From an uncultured delta proteobacterium (lineage in GTDB: Bacteria > Myxococcota > Myxococcia > Myxococcales > Anaeromyxobacteraceae), in the NCBI GenBank assembly GCA_963845515.1, contig CAWJSR010000003.1, positions 64,001 through 128,000 of the forward strand: 64,000 nucleotides of DNA. Direction: 5' to 3'. Every line of letters begins with the position of its first letter. Within the stretch, counting starts at the first letter, position 1. Shown here piece after piece: positions 60,194 to 64,000 of this stretch. The notes beneath the pieces are model-generated. The model ran no database searches and was not told the DNA's origin. It was given only the letters and a program-made list of their open reading frames with translations. The translations under genes were made by a program, and so were the position numbers.

Positions 60194-60913
60194 CTACTTC
60201 GCGCCCGCAGCCGCCTTCGCGGCCTTCTCCTCGGCCTTCTTCCGCTCCGCCTCGCGGCGGGCGAACTCCTTCTCGTACTCCGCCATCGGGTCGCCCTTCA
60301 CCGCCTTCGGCTTGAACTCGGCGCTGCGGGAGTCCTTCACGCGGGCGGTGACGTCGGCCTTGGCGTCACCGGACTCGACCGTGCAGACCGTCTCGCCGGG
60401 GCCGACGGCCCAGAGCTGGCCGCGCGCGTCGCCGCGCGCGATCTCCTCGTTCTGGCAGCGGATGAAGGGGGCGCGCCCGACGAGGAGCGCCCCCTGATCG
60501 TCGAAGGCCTGGATCTGGAGCGCCGCGGGCTGCGGCTCGTCGAGCATCACGAGGTCCACCTGCGTCGGCTTCACCTCGACGCGCCCCACCAGCCGCACTG
60601 CCACGCTGGACTCGGCTGAGATGTCGCCGATGGCGCACCGTATGGTCGCGCTCCCTGCGCCCGTCGCCGTGACGGTCGCGTCGTTGTGCATCCCCGCCAC
60701 CGTCGCGACCTTCTCGTCGGACGAGGACCAGGCACAGGCGAACTTCTGGAGCGGCTCGTTGCGCTTGGAGAGCGGGTTGGCGTGGAGCTTCACCTGCTGG
60801 CCGCGGCCGAAGAGGCGCGAGCCAGTCGGGTCGAGCGTGATGCGGGCGGGCTGCTGGCCGCAGGCGGCCAGGGCGAACACTAGCGACGGCAGGGCGATCT
60901 GAAGGGCGCGCAT
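60194..60913 (-). CDS. Lipoprotein with Big_2-like Ig domains
   Basis: Lipobox LAAC; AWSSSDEKVATV..TVTATGAGSATI. Confidence 0.85.
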   Translation of the reverse strand: MRALQIALPSLVFALAACGQQPARITLDPTGSRLFGRGQQVKLHANPLSKRNEPLQKFACAWSSSDEKVATVAGMHNDATVTATGAGSATIRCAIGDISAESSVAVRLVGRVEVKPTQVDLVMLDEPQPAALQIQAFDDQGALLVGRAPFIRCQNEEIARGDARGQLWAVGPGETVCTVESGDAKADVTARVKDSRSAEFKPKAVKGDPMAEYEKEFARREAERKKAEEKAAKAAAGAK

Positions 60914-60946
60914 GGCCCGTGATGTTACCACCGCTGCGCCCGCCGA

Positions 60947-61210
60947 CTAGGCGTCGTCGTCGGCCTCGTCCTCGTCTTCGTCCTTGAGCTCGGCGTCCTC
61001 CTCCGCCTCCTCGTCGACGACGGCCTCGACCTCCTCGGGCTCGGGCTTCGCCGCCTTCTGCCGTCGCTCGGCCGGAGGCGCCTTGACGACCGGGGCCTGC
61101 CGCTGATCGGCCCCGCACTTCGGGCAGAGCGGCTCTGGCTTGCGGAAGTCGTAGAACTTCGTGCCGCACTTGAAGCACGTGTACTTGGTACCCAGTTCCT
61201 TGCCGGCCAT
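60947..61210 (-). CDS. TIGR02300/FYDLN-acid-domain protein
   Basis: [23 protein letters not shown] with an acidic tail. Confidence 0.9.
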   Translation of the reverse strand: MAGKELGTKYTCFKCGTKFYDFRKPEPLCPKCGADQRQAPVVKAPPAERRQKAAKPEPEEVEAVVDEEAEEDAELKDEDEDEADDDA

Positions 61211-61353
61211 GATCTCTCCGCTCGACTACGGTCGCCGCGCGTTTATCGCAGGGGAGCGGGGCGCGTCAACGGAAAGCGCCGGCCACCTTGTCCGACACCT
61301 CGGGCGACCGCGATTCCTTGTCTCGCCGCGTTGGCGACACGTACTATCCCCGC

Positions 61354-62520
61354 GTGCAATTCCCCTGCGCCCGCTGCGGCCGCACCTACGAGATCGCGGA
61401 CGAACTGGTCGTGGGGCGCGCGGTGAAGGTCGCATGTCCGGCGTGCGGCAACCTCGTGGTGCACCGGGTCCCCGCGCCGGGCGGCGCGGCTGCGGCCCCC
61501 GCGGCGCAGCCGCCGCGCCCGCCCGAGCTCGCGTCGGCGTTCGCCGACGCCGACGACGACGACTTCGACAACGCGCTGGCGGCGCTCGAGGGGCCGCACG
61601 GCACCGAGCAGCCAGCGTCGGCGCCGCCACCGGTCGCCCCCGTGGCTCCGCGTGGCGCCGACGTATCGGCCGCGGCTGCTGCTGCCTCCCCCGCCCGGTC
61701 GGTGGCAGCTCCTCCAAGGCCGCCAGCGCCGTCGCCCGCCAGGGCGCCCGCGAAGCGGCCCGCCGCGCGGCCGCCCGTAGCGGAGCTCTCGGACGAAGAG
61801 GTCCCGACGGTGACGGCGGAGCTGGTGCTCATCCGCCGCAGCGCGCGCCGGAGTCGCATGACCGCCGCCGCGGTGGCCATCGTCGTCGTCGGCGCGCTGG
61901 TAGGGGTGGGGGCGATGGGGCTCAAGTGGAAGCGGGGGGGACCGGCCGGGGGCGCGGCGCGGCGCGACGCGGACGCCGCCGCGGGGGGATCGCCCTCGGG
62001 TGGCGGGCTCTCGGCGGCCGACCTGGCGAAGCTCATGGGGAAGAGCGAGGAAGCGCTGCGGGCGGCGGAGCGCGCGCCGGCACCTCGCGCCCAGGACCGC
62101 CCAAGGCACGAGAAGCTCCCTGTCGGTGACAAGGGGCTGCTCGACCTGTTGGCGAAGAAGGGCGACGTGGCGGTCACCGTGCAGGACGAGGACGCGGTGG
62201 CGCTCGCCACCACGCGCGGAACGCTCGACTCGGAGGCGATCGAGGGGACGCTCTCGCGCAACTCGAGCTCGTTCGCCGCCTGCGTCAGCCGTGCCGTGTC
62301 GTCGGACCCGGAGCAGCGGCTCGCGGCGGGCCGCGTCAGCCTGGAGCTGACGATCCGTCCGAGCGGACGCGTCCAGAGGGCGGGCGTCGCGGACAAGGCG
62401 GTCGCCGGGAGCCCCCTCGGTCGGTGCATCGCCCAGGCGGCGAAGCGGATGGTCTTCCCGGGCTTCGACGGCGAGCCGATCGACATCGTCGTCCCGCTGA
62501 AGCTCAAGGTGGGCTTCTGA
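61354..62520 (+). CDS. Zinc-ribbon + TM + AgmX/PglI-type C-terminal domain (GltJ/AgmX-like)
   Basis: CARC..YEIADE..VACPACG; PA linker; TM; C-terminal F..C..GRV.L.LTI.PSG.V..C..FP.F.G..VP. Confidence 0.8.
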   Translation: MQFPCARCGRTYEIADELVVGRAVKVACPACGNLVVHRVPAPGGAAAAPAAQPPRPPELASAFADADDDDFDNALAALEGPHGTEQPASAPPPVAPVAPRGADVSAAAAAASPARSVAAPPRPPAPSPARAPAKRPAARPPVAELSDEEVPTVTAELVLIRRSARRSRMTAAAVAIVVVGALVGVGAMGLKWKRGGPAGGAARRDADAAAGGSPSGGGLSAADLAKLMGKSEEALRAAERAPAPRAQDRPRHEKLPVGDKGLLDLLAKKGDVAVTVQDEDAVALATTRGTLDSEAIEGTLSRNSSSFAACVSRAVSSDPEQRLAAGRVSLELTIRPSGRVQRAGVADKAVAGSPLGRCIAQAAKRMVFPGFDGEPIDIVVPLKLKVGF

Positions 62521-63221
62521 TGGAGGCCGACCTGGCCGGGACCACCGTCCGTGAGGCGCGCGATCTGGCCCGCTACGTCGATCACACGCTCCTGGCTGCC
62601 GGGGTGCAGCCGGCCGCCATCCAGCGGCTCTGCGCGGAGGCCCGGGAGCACGGCTTCGCGGCGGTCTGCGTCCGGCGCGAGTGGGCGCGGCTCGCGCGCA
62701 GCCTCCTCGCCGGGACCCCCGTCCGGCTCGCGGTGGTGGTCGACTTCCACGAGGGGGCGGCGACGACCGCCGCCCGGGTCGAGGAGGCGTCTGCCGCCGT
62801 ACGCGACGGCGCAGAGGAGCTCGATCTGGTCGCGCCGCTCCCCGGCCTCCGCGCCGGACGCTTCGCGCAGGTCTTCGAGGATCTGCGGACGGTGATCTCG
62901 GCGTCGCCGGTGCCGGTGAAGGTGATCCTCGAGACGGCGATCCTCACGCGCGACCAGAAGGTCGCTGGGGCGGCGATCGCGCTCGCGGCCGGCGCCGCCT
63001 TCGTGAAGACGTCCACCGGCTTCGGGGGAGGCGGCGCGACGGTCGACGACGTGGCGCTCCTGCGGGAGGTCGTCGGCGACAGGGCGGGCGTGAAGGCATC
63101 TGGCGGGGTCCGCACGACCGCCGACGCCCTCGCCCTGGTGCGCGCTGGCGCGGACCGGATCGGAACGTCGAACGGCGTGGCGATCGTGACGGGACGGCTG
63201 CCGGACGCCCGCGACTACTAG
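62520..63221 (+). CDS. deoC: Deoxyribose-phosphate aldolase
   Basis: VDHTLL, VKVILET, FVKTSTGF, VKASGGVRT, RIGTS. Confidence 0.96.
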   Translation: MEADLAGTTVREARDLARYVDHTLLAAGVQPAAIQRLCAEAREHGFAAVCVRREWARLARSLLAGTPVRLAVVVDFHEGAATTAARVEEASAAVRDGAEELDLVAPLPGLRAGRFAQVFEDLRTVISASPVPVKVILETAILTRDQKVAGAAIALAAGAAFVKTSTGFGGGGATVDDVALLREVVGDRAGVKASGGVRTTADALALVRAGADRIGTSNGVAIVTGRLPDARDY

Positions 63222-63267
63222 CCCCTCACACCGCTCCTCTCCCCCTCGGGGGCGGGTGCGGGGGAGA
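63222..63267. repeat. Degenerate REP-like palindrome
   Basis: CCCCTCAC..CCTCTCCCCC..GCGGGGGAGA between deoC and deoB. Confidence 0.6.
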
Positions 63268-63275
63268 ATGGACGC

Positions 63276-64000
63276 ATGAACCGCCGCTTCCTCATCCTCA
63301 TCGCCGACAGCTGCGGCTGCGGCGCGCTCCCCGACGCCGCGGAGTATGGCGACGAGGGCTCGGACACCATCGGCAACGTCAGCCGCGCGGTCGGCGGGCT
63401 GAAGCTCCCTGCGATGCAGGCGCTCGGGCTGGGTGCGGTGACCCCGATCCTCGGCGTGCCGCCCTCGCCGATCCCCGGCGCCTGGGTCGGGAGGATGGCG
63501 GAGCGCTCGCAGGGGAAGGACACGATCACCGGCCACTGGGAGATGATGGGCGCGCTCCTCGAGCGTGGGCTCACGACCTTCCCGAGCGGCTTCCCGCAGG
63601 AGGTCGTGGACGCGTTCGTCCGTGAGACCGGCGCGCCGGGCGTGCTCGGGAACGTCGTCGCGAGCGGCACCGCGATCATCCAGGAGCTGGGCGAGGAGCA
63701 CCAGCGGACCGGGAAGCCGATCGTCTACACGTCCGCCGACTCGGTGTTCCAGATCGCCGCGCATGAGGGGACGGTGCCGCTGGAGCGGCTCTACGGCTGG
63801 TGCCGGACCGCGCGCCGGCTCCTCGATCCGCTGCGGGTCGCGCGGGTCATCGCGCGGCCGTTCGTCGGGGCTCCGGGCGGCTACACCCGCACGTACAACC
63901 GGAAGGACTTCGCGATGCCGCCGCCGGTGGCGACGGTGCTGGAGCGGCTCACCGCCGCCGGCGTCCCCGTCCACGGAGTCGGGAAGATCCCCGACATCTT
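63276..64000 (+). CDS. deoB: Phosphopentomutase (partial, runs off the window)
   Basis: ILIADSCGCG..PDA..YGD.GSDT, GKDTITGHWEMMG, IVYTSADSVFQIAAHE, RVIARPF, VGKIPDI. Confidence 0.95.
   Translation, partial: MNRRFLILIADSCGCGALPDAAEYGDEGSDTIGNVSRAVGGLKLPAMQALGLGAVTPILGVPPSPIPGAWVGRMAERSQGKDTITGHWEMMGALLERGLTTFPSGFPQEVVDAFVRETGAPGVLGNVVASGTAIIQELGEEHQRTGKPIVYTSADSVFQIAAHEGTVPLERLYGWCRTARRLLDPLRVARVIARPFVGAPGGYTRTYNRKDFAMPPPVATVLERLTAAGVPVHGVGKIPDI

Overview
High-GC chromosomal window. Gene content and protein style resemble Anaeromyxobacter/Myxococcota (inference, no search run). In order: an A/T-richer accessory end with a possible toxin tail and immunity-like gene, an internally deleted REP-associated (Y1/HUH) transposase, and two paralogous secreted genes with a YD-like motif and Ig-like repeats; a PDZ/carboxypeptidase-regulatory-domain protein; a cbb3 oxidase operon (ccoN, ccoO fused to cytochrome c, small subunits, ccoG, fixH-like); mcp-cheW; GDPD, 2-oxoacid:ferredoxin oxidoreductase and ferredoxin; a heavily frameshifted and truncated kdpFABCD cluster; an SDR with a duplicated 5' end; DsbD_2-ccoI-ccoS; an RcoM-like regulator with a complete cooS-cooC-cooF-FAD oxidoreductase (Ni-CODH) operon; a sirtuin-YcaO-TfuA operon with no visible precursor peptide; a response regulator-FecR/FN3-barrel-IPT lipoprotein-histidine kinase cluster; ybaK, glgP, lemA-TPM-TPM, radical SAM, XRE-cupin, MshEN-like/REC/TPR, nfeD-SPFH, mscS, tRNA-Ala(CGC), a TPR protein, a DUF559 relic between REP-like palindromes, an AgmX/GltJ-like protein, deoC and partial deoB. 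Many single-base frameshifts, extremely dense in kdp, suggest an imperfectly polished long-read assembly, so pseudogene calls need caution. Best candidates for something new: the sirtuin-YcaO-TfuA operon, the RcoM variant with phased upstream repeats, the REP/DUF559 mini-element, and the FecR-to-kinase envelope cluster. All family assignments come from motif recognition by eye.
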